Assembly (NCBI GenBank): GCA_963812155.1
Contig: CAWETW010000004.1
Span: 64,001 to 128,000, forward strand
Direction of reading: 5' to 3'
Origin: Vulcanimicrobiota bacterium
Lineage (GTDB): Bacteria; Vulcanimicrobiota; Vulcanimicrobiia; Vulcanimicrobiales; Vulcanimicrobiaceae
DNA length: 64,000 nt
Of this stretch, positions 1 through 10,393 are shown piece by piece. Within the stretch, counting starts at the first letter, position 1, and each line of letters opens with the position of its first letter. The position numbers and the translations under genes were made by a program. Below the pieces are notes generated by a model, which saw only the letters and a list, made by a program, of their open reading frames with translations, did no database searches and was not told the DNA's origin.

Positions 1-481
1 AAGTCAGCGAAGTCGCCAAGCCGAGCCCTTCGTCGCCGAACTCGTCGGGTACGGGGTAGCCGAGCAGCGCAATCTCGCGTCCAACCTGCGATTGCAGATG
101 CGACGACGAACCGAGCCGCACGATCGGAAGGTTCGGACGGCGCGTGCGCACGAGCGCGAGATCGAGGGCGGAATTCGAAGCGACCACGCGCGCCGGCGTG
201 CGCGTTTTATTCCCCGACGTCACGTTGAGATTCCACGCACCATCGATGGCGTGCTGCACGGTGAGGACGTCGCTGCCCCACGCTCCAGACGCGACCACGA
301 AGCCGGTCGCGTAGGCGTCGTCGTATCCATCCTTCTTGTGCTCGGGCGGAATGCGCATGCTCAGCAGCACCACCGACGGCATAATGCCGCGCGCCGCCGC
401 GACCAGGGCGTCGTCGCCGTTGCGCGTGCAGGCGGCTCCCAAGAGCGACAGCACAACGCACGCGCCGAGCAGGCGCGTCAC
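1..481 (-). CDS. Trypsin-like (S1/HtrA-type) serine protease lipoprotein, 3' end off the window
   Basis: Manual translation from GTG at 481 (GTGA overlap with the hflX stop): MTRLLGACVVLSLLGAAC lipobox, ATGFVV, VLTVQH (His), DLALV (Asp), ALLGYP. Not in the ORF track. Confidence 0.8.
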   Translation of the reverse strand, partial: MTRLLGACVVLSLLGAACTRNGDDALVAAARGIMPSVVLLSMRIPPEHKKDGYDDAYATGFVVASGAWGSDVLTVQHAIDGAWNLNVTSGNKTRTPARVVASNSALDLALVRTRRPNLPIVRLGSSSHLQSQVGREIALLGYPVPDEFGDEGLGLATSLT

Positions 482-1527
482 GCCGGCAATGCGGTGCGCG
501 CGACGAGTGCCTCGCGCAAGGCGCCGAGTCCCGCACCGGTCACGGCGCTGACGCAAATACTGCCGTCGAGTTGCGCCGGTTCGTCGGTCAGGAGGTCGCA
601 TTTGTTGAAGACGAGCAGGCGAGGCGTGCGATCGAGCTCGAGTTCGTGGAGCAACGCGTCGACCGCGGCGCGCTGACGCGGCCAATCGGGATTGCTCGCG
701 TCGAGCACGTGCACGAGCAAGTCGGCTTCGCGCAATTCTTCGAGCGTCGCTCTGAACGCGTTCACGAGATCCTTTGGCAGGTCGGTGATAAACCCGACGG
801 TGTCGGCGACGCGAGCGTAGGTGTGGGGCCCGAGGTACGCGCGCCGGACGGTCGGGTCGAGCGTCGCGAAGGGACGATCGGCAACGAGCGCATCGCTGCG
901 TGCCAGCGCGTTGAGCAGCGACGACTTGCCGACGTTGGTATAGCCGACCAGCGCGACGAGCGGGTCGCGGTGGTGCGATGCTCGCCGAACGGCGCGTTGC
1001 AGCCGTACGCCGGCGAGTTGCCGATTGAGCACGCTCACGCGCTCTTGAATGCGCCGCCGATCGACCTCGAGTTTCGTTTCGCCGGGGCCGCGCGTCCCGA
1101 TGCCGCCGCCCAAGCGCGACAGGTCGGCGCCCACGCCGATCAAGTTCGACTGCCGGTAGCGCAACTGCGCGAGTTCCACTTGCAGTTTGCCCTCGCGGCT
1201 GCGCGCGTGGCGCGCGAAGACGTCGAGGATGAGCATCGTGCGATCGACGATCGGCAACGGCACGATGCGTTCGAGATTTTTGCGCTGGCGCGGCCGCAGA
1301 TCGTTGAAAACCAGCAGCAACTCGGCGTCGCGCGCTTTCGCGAGTTCGGCGATCTCGGCCGCCTTGCCGCTGCCGACCAGCGTGGCCGGATCGACGGCGT
1401 CGCGGCGTTGCACGACGCGATCGACGACGCGCGCACCCGCGGCGCTCGCGAGCGCCTCGAACTCATCGAGTTCCGGCTCGAACGACCGCGCGTGGGGCGT
1501 CTCGACGGCGGCGACGATGGCGGTCAC
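478..1527 (-). CDS. hflX: GTPase HflX
   Basis: GSGK, DRTMLILDVFARHA, EGKLQVELAQL, GPGETKLEVDRR, GYTNVGKS, FATLD, DTVGF, NKCD. Likely start GTG 1527. Confidence 0.96.
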   Translation of the reverse strand: MTAIVAAVETPHARSFEPELDEFEALASAAGARVVDRVVQRRDAVDPATLVGSGKAAEIAELAKARDAELLLVFNDLRPRQRKNLERIVPLPIVDRTMLILDVFARHARSREGKLQVELAQLRYRQSNLIGVGADLSRLGGGIGTRGPGETKLEVDRRRIQERVSVLNRQLAGVRLQRAVRRASHHRDPLVALVGYTNVGKSSLLNALARSDALVADRPFATLDPTVRRAYLGPHTYARVADTVGFITDLPKDLVNAFRATLEELREADLLVHVLDASNPDWPRQRAAVDALLHELELDRTPRLLVFNKCDLLTDEPAQLDGSICVSAVTGAGLGALREALVARTALPA

Positions 1528-1549
1528 CGGCCGCTCGCGCCGGTCTGCG

Positions 1550-2399
1550 TTACGACGAGGTTGCAATGGGAGCGAGCCGTTTTACGAGCCAGCGAATGCC
1601 GTCGTTATACTGCGGGCCCGGACGTTCGATGATTTCGGCGGGCCGCACCGCGTAGACGCGGCCGAGGCGCACGGCGCGCAGGCTGCGCCACGGCTCCTGT
1701 CCCAGCACTGCGTCGAGCCGAATCGCCGGGTCGCTCACCAGCACGTCGGGCTGATTGCGCAGGAGCGCCTCGGCGGCATATTGTCCGTAAGCGAGATGGA
1801 GATCGTCTGCGGCGTTCCTGCCGCCCGCCATGGCGATGAGCGTTGCGATGTACGACGTCGAGCCGGCGGTCCAAATCGGCGTACTGCCGAGGACGACGAA
1901 GACGGACGGGGTGCGCTTGAAGGTCCGCGTGCTCGCGCGCAGCTCCGCGGTGGTACGGCGCAGGCGCGCGATGGCCGCTGCGGCCTCGGCGGCGTGACCC
2001 GAAAGCGCGCCGACGGTGTGCAGGTTGGTAAAGATGTCGTCGAACGCATCGTCGTGCAGCAGAACGACGTCGATGCCCGCGCGCCGTAACGGGCTCCACG
2101 AGCCGCTTCTGCGCGACGATGCCTACGGCAACGTCGGGACGCAGCCCCACGATGCGCTCCGCATCCACGCTCGTGACGTCGGCAATTCGTGGAAGCGCGC
2201 GCGCTCGGGGATCGTCGGTGAACGATGACACCGCGACGAGTTGGGATCCCGCGCCGATCGCATAGGCGTCGTCGGCGACGAACGGCATCAACGCGACGAT
2301 GCGCGCACGCGTCGTTCCGATTGCATCGTGGGCACGAGGCGGAGCGGAGCACGCGATGCTTGCAATCAGCGCCGCACATGCTGCGACGAGCATCTTCAC
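1550..2399 (-). CDS. btuF: Cobalamin ABC substrate-binding protein (helical-backbone receptor), one frameshift near 2092
   Basis: N-half in ORF 1605..2588 (RIVALMP, ERIVGLRPDV); C-half in the frame of 1550..1831 (GGRNAA, RPGP). Removing one base of GGG 2091-2093 joins them (EPLRRAGIDVV). Lies downstream of btuB. Confidence 0.8.
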
Positions 2400-2457
2400 A
2401 TTGCGTGCCTTCCTCCGCCTCACAACGGCGGCCTGCCGTTGGAGAAATCCCGCGACG

Positions 2458-4371
2458 TTAGCGGGTCCGCAGCTCGAGAGTGAAGGACGCTCCCGGCATC
2501 GGATACCCGTTGTAGTACGCATAACGAGCGCCCAGGAGATTATCGCCTCGCAACACCAACACGGTTCGCGGCGCGACCCTGTAACCAACGAACGCGTTGA
2601 GTGTGGTGAATGCGGCGCTCTGCGCCCAGTACGGAAGGGACGCGTTCGGACTCTGCGCCGACCATGACGTCATGCTCACGTCCCAGTCGTCGAAGCGACT
2701 CGTGGCGGGTGCCGCATAGCGAACGCCAAGCGTCGTCGCGAACGTCGGCCCTCTGCCGGGAAGACGTTGCCCCGCATACGGATCGACCGAGGAATCGCTG
2801 TCGAGGTCCTGCGCCCGATACAGATTGGTAACGGAAAGCGTTCCGACGAGGTGATGCCAAGGCAGCGTATTTCCCGTGAGCGTGAGCCCCGCAATGGAAG
2901 CGTGGCCGACGTTCTCCGGAATGAATGTCGTGTCGTCGAAAATGATGAGATTCGATCCGCTCATCGTGAACCATCCCAGACTAACGCCGCCGAATAGCGA
3001 CGAATCGGTCAAGGTCGCGTCTCCGACACGCATTCGCTCGGGAACGAGATTCGGATTGGAAAAGAACGGATAGAACAAATCCTCAGCCGTCGGCGCACGA
3101 AACGCGGTCGCGGCGTTCAGCTTGAGCGAAAGCGCAGGCGCCAGTTTCAGGATCCCGCCGATCGACGGCGACAGAGCGCCGCCGCTTGCGTTGCTGTTTT
3201 CGGTGTAATCGTTTTCGCCGCGCAGGCCCACGTAGAGCTCGTCCCCTCGAGGTCCGAACCACTGTTGCTGCACGTACGCGGCGGTTTGCGCGTATGCGTT
3301 TGCCACGGGCGGCGGATCGCCGGTCCCTCCGTCCACGAGCGCGACGCCGCGCGAAACGTCGACGCCGTAGACGAGCCGCTGCCGGTCGTCGCCTACGACG
3401 TTGGAAACGCTGGCCATGACGCGCGCATCCTTGAGGTACTGCGTGTACGGAGCCGGCGTGGGAGCGCCGGGTGACGGCGGCGGGTACGGCTCGTTCGGAC
3501 ACGTATAATCGGCCGGAGTATTGCAATTGTATCCGAGATTTTGCGTCGACTCACCCATCGAAAGCGACTGCGTGGAATGTGGCCGGCGCACCTCAGCCCG
3601 AAGGCGAAGATCGTTTGTATTCGTGGATTGCCAGCTTGTGGTTGACGCGAAATCGATGGAACCGGGAACGCGTACGCCCTGGCTGCCGAAATCGCCGGTA
3701 AACGAAAGATCCACCGAACCGATTCGGTGCTCGTAGGCCGCCCGAAGAGCCGTGAGCCCCGCGTTGGAGTTCGCGCGCGTCGTGCCGTCGGGCAGACCAT
3801 AGTCGTTCGTAGCATACGTGCGTTGGAACGATAGGTAGGGCGTTTGAAATTGGTACGTCTGTTCCCCGAACGATCCGGTCGAAAGTACGGCCGCCGTCGT
3901 CTGCGGCTGCGTGCTGATGATGTTGATCACGCCGCCGATCGAGCCGGAACCGTACAGCGTCGAGCCGCCGCCTTCGACGACTTCGACGCGATCGACGCCC
4001 GTGACGGGCATCGCTTCGAGCTGTGTGCCCAGAATTTGTGGGCCTGCGATCGGCAGACCGTCGAGAAGGACGAGGACCTGTTGGCTCGTGCTTCCACGAA
4101 TGCCGAAACTCGTCTGCGCGCCAAAACCGCCGTATCGGTTTATCGTGACGCCGGGAACGTTTTGCAGCGCGTCGGCGATCGTACGGTCGCCGTCGTGCGC
4201 CATGTCGGCGGCGGTGACGACGTACGTGGTACGCGCCGCTCGTGCGGCCGGCTCGAAGCTTCTATCGCTCGTGACGACGTGCGCGATTTGCGGTATCGCA
4301 GACGAGCTGGGTGATGGAGAGGGACTCGGTGTCGCAGCGAGGGCCACGGCAACCGCGAGAACGAACGTCAT
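2458..4371 (-). CDS. btuB: TonB-dependent cobalamin receptor
   Basis: Signal peptide, plug motifs IRGSTSQQVLVLLDG and RVEVVEGGGSTLYGSGSIGGVINII, AFRAPT, C-terminal NL..GYPMPG; riboswitch upstream. Confidence 0.9.
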   Translation of the reverse strand: MTFVLAVAVALAATPSPSPSPSSSAIPQIAHVVTSDRSFEPAARAARTTYVVTAADMAHDGDRTIADALQNVPGVTINRYGGFGAQTSFGIRGSTSQQVLVLLDGLPIAGPQILGTQLEAMPVTGVDRVEVVEGGGSTLYGSGSIGGVINIISTQPQTTAAVLSTGSFGEQTYQFQTPYLSFQRTYATNDYGLPDGTTRANSNAGLTALRAAYEHRIGSVDLSFTGDFGSQGVRVPGSIDFASTTSWQSTNTNDLRLRAEVRRPHSTQSLSMGESTQNLGYNCNTPADYTCPNEPYPPPSPGAPTPAPYTQYLKDARVMASVSNVVGDDRQRLVYGVDVSRGVALVDGGTGDPPPVANAYAQTAAYVQQQWFGPRGDELYVGLRGENDYTENSNASGGALSPSIGGILKLAPALSLKLNAATAFRAPTAEDLFYPFFSNPNLVPERMRVGDATLTDSSLFGGVSLGWFTMSGSNLIIFDDTTFIPENVGHASIAGLTLTGNTLPWHHLVGTLSVTNLYRAQDLDSDSSVDPYAGQRLPGRGPTFATTLGVRYAAPATSRFDDWDVSMTSWSAQSPNASLPYWAQSAAFTTLNAFVGYRVAPRTVLVLRGDNLLGARYAYYNGYPMPGASFTLELRTR

Positions 4372-4409
4372 AGCAACCCTTTCCCTTCATGCGAGGGCAA
4401 TCGGTTTGG

Positions 4410-4555
4410 GGTTTGCGTCGATATCCTGACTCGCGGATCGTCGCTTCGGTGCCCGGCCTTCCCGTCTGCACTCAGACAGTGGCGCTAAGGCGGCTTCCCG
4501 CATACAGTGGCGCGACCGTGCCGGCTTCTCACCGGACTTCCCGCGCAAACCTAGG
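4410..4555 (-). ncRNA. Cobalamin (B12) riboswitch
   Basis: Minus strand reads GGGAAGTCCGGTGAGAAGCCGGCACGGTCGCGCCACTGTA...GCCACTG...GGGAAGG...GAGTCAGGA, closed by GGTTTGCG/CGCAAACC. A CCCT/AGGG hairpin covers the btuB SD region. Confidence 0.93.
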
Positions 4556-4683
4556 CGACGACTTGGCAAACCGCGTCGCCGCTTCCTCTCGTAACCGCAT
4601 TGCGAATCCTAGGAGCGCCGTACCGATCCGAGAACCGTCCATGCGATGTTCGGGCGCGCGTTGACGATCGAGTTGCAAGCGCG

Positions 4684-5664
4684 GTGACGTGGCGTTTCAC
4701 CGCGTTGCTCGCCGTCGTTGCCGCTGCGGCGGGCGCGAGCCTCTTGGTCGGAGGAAGCAGTCTCTCTCCGCACGAGGTGACCACCGCGCTGGCGCACCCG
4801 AGCGCGGGCGGAATTGCGAATACGATCGTCTGGCAGCTGCGCATGCCGCGCGTCTGCATTGCCGCCGTCGTAGGCGCGTGCTTGGCGCTCTCCGGGGCGA
4901 TGTTGCAGGGAATGCTGCGCAATCCGCTCGTCGATCCCTACCTCACCGGCGTCAGCGCCGGGTCCGCGGCCGCGATTGCGATTGCGGTGCTCGCCGGCGT
5001 CGCTGCGCCGTTCACGCCGGCGATCGGATTCGTCGCGGGCCTCGGCGCGGCGCTGCTCGTCGCAGCGTTGGCGCGCCGTGGAAGTGGAATCGACGCCAAC
5101 CGGCTCATTCTCGCGGGTGTTTCGCTTTCGGCACTCTTTGCTTCAATCGTCACCCTGGCGATCGTGCGCGCGCAATCAAACGACTACGCGAGCGCAATCG
5201 TGGCCTGGCTGGCCGGCTCGATGGCGGGACGGGGCTGGCACGATCTCGCCGCGACCGCTCCGTACGCCGCCGCCGGCATGCTGCTTTCGCTGTGGGTAGC
5301 CGGCCCGCTCAACGCTCTACGCGTCGGTGACGTGCGCGCCCGCAGCGTAGGCGTCGACGTCGATCGCGCGCAATGGACGATTCTGGCGAGTTCGTCGCTG
5401 CTGGCAGCAAGCAGCGTCGTGCTGGCGGGCATGGTCGGATTCATTGGATTGATCGTTCCCCACGTCGCGCGCCGGCTGGTCGGTTCCGACGCGCGCGCGC
5501 TCGTGCCCGCGTGCGTCTGCATCGGCGCCTCGCTGTGCATGCTCGCGGATGCCATTTGCCGTACGATCGTCGCTCCGGCCGAACTTCCGATCGGGGTACT
5601 CCTGGCGTTCATCGGCGTCCCTGCATTTCTCTATCTCTATCTTCGCGGAGAGCGCGCGCGATGA
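4684..5664 (+). CDS. btuC: Cobalamin/iron-chelate ABC permease (FecCD/BtuC family)
   Basis: IVWQLRMPR, MLQGMLRNPLVDPYLTGVSAGS, GMVGFIGLIVPH, ELPIG. Confidence 0.88.
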   Translation: MTWRFTALLAVVAAAAGASLLVGGSSLSPHEVTTALAHPSAGGIANTIVWQLRMPRVCIAAVVGACLALSGAMLQGMLRNPLVDPYLTGVSAGSAAAIAIAVLAGVAAPFTPAIGFVAGLGAALLVAALARRGSGIDANRLILAGVSLSALFASIVTLAIVRAQSNDYASAIVAWLAGSMAGRGWHDLAATAPYAAAGMLLSLWVAGPLNALRVGDVRARSVGVDVDRAQWTILASSSLLAASSVVLAGMVGFIGLIVPHVARRLVGSDARALVPACVCIGASLCMLADAICRTIVAPAELPIGVLLAFIGVPAFLYLYLRGERAR

Positions 5665-6449
5665 TCGAACTCGCCGGCGCCCGCATCGACATCGGCGGAC
5701 GGCTGCTGCTCGACGGCCTCGACGCTCGTTTTGCACCGGGAGAGCTGGTCGCGGTCCTCGGGAGAAACGGCGCCGGAAAGTCGACGCTGCTGCGCGCGGT
5801 TGCCGGACTGCACCCGCCGGCAAACGGTGCGATACGTATCGACGGCTCTTCGGTAACGTCGCTCCCGCCGGTAGAGCGCGCGCTGCGTGTCGCCCTCGTC
5901 GCCGGTGACGACGTGCTGCTGGATGCCCTGCGCGTCCGCGACGTGGTCGCAATCGGACGCTTTCCGCACCATCGCTGGTGGCAGTGGCACGAGCGAGACG
6001 CCGATCGCGACGCCGTCGATCGGGCGCTCGAAGCGGTTGGCATCGCCACGTTTGCCGAACGTTTCTTCGCGACGTTGAGCAGCGGCGAGCGGCAACGCGT
6101 GTGGATCGCATTGGGTCTCGCGCAAGAAACGCCGGTACTGCTTTTGGACGAACCGACGAGCCATCTCGACGTGCGGGTCGCGCACGACATTCTGGCGCTG
6201 CTGCGATCGCTTGCGACCGGCGGGAAGACGGTCGTCTGCGCGCTGCACGATCTCAACGAGGCGGCCGCCTACGCCGACCGGGTCGCGCTGCTCGGCGACG
6301 GACGCCTGCTCTGCGAGGGCGCTCCCGATGCCGTTTTCTCCGGCGATTTCCCCGAACGCGCGTACGGCATTGCCATGGAGCGCGTCCGTTTGGCAGACGG
6401 GCGGCTGCGCTTGTTTACGCGGACCGACTCGGCGCCTCCGGCGCGTTGA
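5661..6449 (+). CDS. btuD: Cobalamin/iron-chelate ABC ATPase
   Basis: GRNGAGKS, LSSGERQR, LLLDEPT, LHDLN; ATGA overlap with the permease. Confidence 0.88.
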   Translation: MIELAGARIDIGGRLLLDGLDARFAPGELVAVLGRNGAGKSTLLRAVAGLHPPANGAIRIDGSSVTSLPPVERALRVALVAGDDVLLDALRVRDVVAIGRFPHHRWWQWHERDADRDAVDRALEAVGIATFAERFFATLSSGERQRVWIALGLAQETPVLLLDEPTSHLDVRVAHDILALLRSLATGGKTVVCALHDLNEAAAYADRVALLGDGRLLCEGAPDAVFSGDFPERAYGIAMERVRLADGRLRLFTRTDSAPPAR

Positions 6450-7794
6450 CGCGCACGACGAGAATCGCCAGGTCGTCTTGCAAACGTCCGCCCGCGATGA
6501 TGCGTACCTGCGCCGCCAACGCGTCGGCGAGGTCTTGGGCGCCGCGCGGAGCGCGTTCGATCAGCCGCATCGCACCGTCGTCTCCCAGCATCGCTCCCGT
6601 ACGGTCGCGCGCTTCGGTGAGCCCATCGGTCGCCAACACGAGTGCGTCGCCGCCCCGCAGGTCGATCGTATTCGTGCCGAACGGTTCGTTCATGATGCCG
6701 AGCACCGGTCCGGTCACCTTGAGCCGTTCGACGTGTTCCGCACGGCGCACGAAGGCCGAGTCCAAACCTGCGCTGGCGTAGTGGAACGCGAACGTGCGCG
6801 TGTCGAGGACGCCGGCCAGCATCGAAACGAAGAGCGACGGATTCTTCACGGCGTGTGCAAACTCCATGTTGAACTCGGCCAGAATTGCGCCCGGATCGTA
6901 GTGCCGGAACGAGATGCCGCGAATCGTAAACTTGATGAACGCGGTCAGCACCGCCGCATCCACTCCCTTGCCGCTCACGTCGGCAATCAGCAACAAGGCT
7001 TGCGATTCGTCGAGCCGGTGCACGTCGAAGACGTCGCCTCCGACCGCCGAATGGCTGCTCGCCGAGCGATAGGTCGTTCCGACTTCGCAGTTCGGCAGCG
7101 GCTCGGTCTCGCTGCGAAACGCGCTCTGCAGTTTTTCGGTCGTGATGCGTTCGGCGGCGAGCTCGCCGTACAGGCGCGTTCGAAAAGCGTTAAGCAGAAT
7201 CGCCAGCAGGCCGAAGAGCACGAACCAGAACGTGCGCACGTACGCGCCGCGCTCTAACTGCGTTTGCGTGCTCCGCGCGAGGCTCTGTTCGGCGCCTTGC
7301 AAGTCGGCGCGCATGATGGCAACGATCCGCGACTCGTAGTCGGAAAAGACTTTATTGCGCCGATCGAGTTCCGCGCGCCGTTGACCCGGCTCTTGGATCA
7401 CCGGCGCGGCAACCTCTTCACGCCACTGATTCTGGACCCGGACGTACTCGGCGAGCAACTGTTCTGCGCGCACGACCCTCTCGTCTGCGAGCGACACCCG
7501 GATCGAAACGATCCGCGTGTCGAACGCCGACGTCGCGGTGAAATATTCGTCGACGTAGTACGGGTCGCGCGTGAGTGCGTAACCCCGCAATGCGTTCTCT
7601 TCGACGATCTGCGAACGCAACAGTTCTTCCAAAGACAATTGCGCGGTTTGCACGTGCGACTGCCGCGCGAACGTTTCGGCAATGCTTACCCGCGCTTGGA
7701 AGACGCCCTGTACGGCGACCGCAACGGCGCAAGCGAGCAGCACCGAGAGGACGATCGTTCCCGCGGGACGGCCCAACGGAGCGAGCGTCCTCAC
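6415..7794 (-). CDS. Membrane PP2C/SpoIIE-family phosphatase with CHASE3-like sensor
   Basis: Two TM segments around ENALRGYALT; VGGDVFD, IADVSGKG, TDGLTEA, QDDLAIL. Confidence 0.88.
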   Translation of the reverse strand: MRTLAPLGRPAGTIVLSVLLACAVAVAVQGVFQARVSIAETFARQSHVQTAQLSLEELLRSQIVEENALRGYALTRDPYYVDEYFTATSAFDTRIVSIRVSLADERVVRAEQLLAEYVRVQNQWREEVAAPVIQEPGQRRAELDRRNKVFSDYESRIVAIMRADLQGAEQSLARSTQTQLERGAYVRTFWFVLFGLLAILLNAFRTRLYGELAAERITTEKLQSAFRSETEPLPNCEVGTTYRSASSHSAVGGDVFDVHRLDESQALLLIADVSGKGVDAAVLTAFIKFTIRGISFRHYDPGAILAEFNMEFAHAVKNPSLFVSMLAGVLDTRTFAFHYASAGLDSAFVRRAEHVERLKVTGPVLGIMNEPFGTNTIDLRGGDALVLATDGLTEARDRTGAMLGDDGAMRLIERAPRGAQDLADALAAQVRIIAGGRLQDDLAILVVRVNAPEAPSRSA

Positions 7795-7867
7795 GAAGGC
7801 GCCCCCGTGCCCGTGCTGGGAAGTCTCCTAGGTGTTGGGATATGTGCCTCCGAAACGGATTTGTAAC

Positions 7868-9217
7868 ATGCAAACCCGAGTAGATCCTGGACTCTTCAAG
7901 TCTTACGACGTTCGTGGGATTTATCCGGCCGAGCTCAACGACGACGTCGCATACGAAATCGGCCGCTGTTTCGTGTCGATGCTCGACGCAAAGCACATCG
8001 CCGCCGGCCGCGACATGCGTCCGTCGGGGCTAAAACTCTTCGAGGCGTTCGCACGCGGCGCGACCGACTCCGGCGCCGACGTTCTCGACATCGGCATGGT
8101 ATCGACCGACGGACTCTACTTTGCGGTGGGGCATTACGAAATGGACGGCGGCGTCATGATCACGGCGTCACACAATCCGTCGCAGTACAACGGCATGAAA
8201 TTCACGCGTGCGCAAGCGCAAGCGATTTCGCTCGACACCGGACTCGCGCAGATTCGCGACCGCCTCATCTCCGGCGATTTGCCGCCCAAAGCCGAACGCA
8301 GCGGTACGATCGCGAGCCGCAACGTCCTGGACGACTTTGCCGAGCACTGTCTCTCCTTCGTCGACCGGGCGAAAATCAAGCCGCTCAAAGTCGCGATCGA
8401 TGCGGGAAACGGGATGGCCGGAGAAACGGTTCCTCACGTGTTCAAGCGGCTGGGCTGCGAGGTGATTCCGCTTTATTTCGAGCTGGACGGCAGCTTCCCG
8501 AATCATCCGGCCAGCCCGATCGAGCCCGAAAACATGGCCGACGTTCAAGCCGCCGTGAAGAAGCACCACTGCGACATCGGAGTAGCTTTCGACGGCGACG
8601 CCGACAGGATGTTCATCGTGGACGAGAACGGGGGGTTGATCGACGGCAGCACCGTCACGGCGCTGGTGGCGCTCAATACGCTCAAGAAGCATCCTGGGGC
8701 GAAGATTCTCTACAACCTCATCTGCAGCCGCAGCGTTCCCGAACTCATTAAGAAGGCGGGCGGCATTCCGATCCGTTCGAAAGTCGGCCACTCGATCATC
8801 AAGGCGGTGATGCGCGAGCAAGACGTCGTTTTTGGCGGCGAACACAGCGGCCACTTCTACTTCCGCGACAACTGGTACGCCGATTCGGGAATGATCGCCC
8901 TGCTGCAGTGCCTGGAACTCTTTAGCGAGGCCGGCCAGACCGTCAGCGAGGTCATCGCACCGGTCGATACCCGTTTTCGCTCCGGCGAGATCAACAGCCA
9001 AGTCAAAGACGTTCCTGCAAAGCTGCGGGAGATTGAAGACCACTACAAGGATGCGGAGATCGATCACCTCGACGGCGTCACGATCTCCTATCCCGACTGG
9101 TGGATGAACGTGCGGCCGTCGAACACCGAGCCCTTGTTGCGTCTGAACGTCGAGGGCGACACGAAAGCCCTCATGGAGCGGCATCGCGACGAGGCGCTGG
9201 CGCTGATCCGTTCGTAA
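7868..9217 (+). CDS. manB: Phosphomannomutase/phosphoglucomutase
   Basis: FKSYDVRG, ITASHNP, FDGDADR, GGEHSGH, RPSNTEP. Confidence 0.93.
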   Translation: MQTRVDPGLFKSYDVRGIYPAELNDDVAYEIGRCFVSMLDAKHIAAGRDMRPSGLKLFEAFARGATDSGADVLDIGMVSTDGLYFAVGHYEMDGGVMITASHNPSQYNGMKFTRAQAQAISLDTGLAQIRDRLISGDLPPKAERSGTIASRNVLDDFAEHCLSFVDRAKIKPLKVAIDAGNGMAGETVPHVFKRLGCEVIPLYFELDGSFPNHPASPIEPENMADVQAAVKKHHCDIGVAFDGDADRMFIVDENGGLIDGSTVTALVALNTLKKHPGAKILYNLICSRSVPELIKKAGGIPIRSKVGHSIIKAVMREQDVVFGGEHSGHFYFRDNWYADSGMIALLQCLELFSEAGQTVSEVIAPVDTRFRSGEINSQVKDVPAKLREIEDHYKDAEIDHLDGVTISYPDWWMNVRPSNTEPLLRLNVEGDTKALMERHRDEALALIRS

Positions 9218-9227
9218 GCGGCGTATT

Positions 9228-10377
9228 GTGAGCGTCGTCCTCGGCCCTGCCTTCATCGCGCTCGGCGACGGAACGTCGACGTTCGGCCGCATCGCCGTTG
9301 CGGACGGCCGCATCGACGCGATTCTCGCGGCGGACGGCCCCAGCGACCGCCCGTTGCCGGGCGGATGCAGCATCGCACCCGGCCTCATCGACGTACACAC
9401 CAACGGCGCGCGGCGACATGCTCTTCAATCGCGACCAAGGCTACGCGGTGCCGGTTGCCGCCGAAGAATACGCGCGCATGGGCGCGACCGGCTTCGTTGC
9501 CGGCATCATGACGGCTCCGTTCGAATCGATGCTGCACGCCGCGTCCGAGGTCGTCGAAGCGGCGAACCAACTCGAAGAGGACGACCCGCGCGGCGCGCGC
9601 TGCTTGGGCGTGCATTTCGAAGGCCCGTTTCTCAATCCGAAGTTTCGCCGCGTGCATCGCAACGAATGGCTGCTGCCGGCGAGTGCCGAGCGCGCGCGCG
9701 AGATGGTCGACGCGTGCAAGGGCGCGTGTCTGCTCGTGACGATGGCGCCCGAGATCGACGGCGCCGCCGACGCGCTGCGCGTCTTTCTCGAACACGGCGT
9801 CGTCTGCTCGGCGGGACACACTTCGGCGCACTATCGCGACGGACTGCTCGCGATCGGACTCGGTTTTCGTTCGCTCACGCACGCGTTCAACGCCATGCCG
9901 CCGCTCGATCACCGCGATCCGTCCATACTCGCGGCCTTCATTCAGGACCGCCGCACGCTCGTGCAGTTCATCTGCGACGGATTTCACGTCTCGCCGGTGA
10001 TGGTCGATCTGCTGCACCGCACGCTCGGCGACCGGCTCGTGCTCGCGACGGATAACATGCCGCCGACCGATCCGGGTTACCACATCGACGGCGGCGTCGT
10101 GCGCTCGGCCGACGGCACGATCGCCGGCAGCGCGCTGCGCATCGATCAAGCGGTGCGCAACTACATGTCGTACGCGCAGATCCCGTTCGCGCAAGCGATC
10201 GTCGCCGCCACCCACGCGCCGGCAAAACTCATCGCACACGAAAGCGAAATGGGCCGGATCGCACCCAATATGCGCGCGGATCTCTCGTTCTGGGACAAAG
10301 ACTACGAAATCGTCGCTACGATGGTCGGCGGACGCTTCGTCTACGACCGCACCGAAGTTGCCGCGCTGTCGTCCTAG
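9228..10377 (+). CDS. nagA: N-acetylglucosamine-6-phosphate deacetylase-like amidohydrolase, frameshift near 9410
   Basis: PGLIDVHTNG in one frame, then HFEGPF, GHT, THAFNAM, DGFH and TIAGS in another. Confidence 0.82.
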
Positions 10378-10393
10378 TGTCTAGCGCCGTGGG

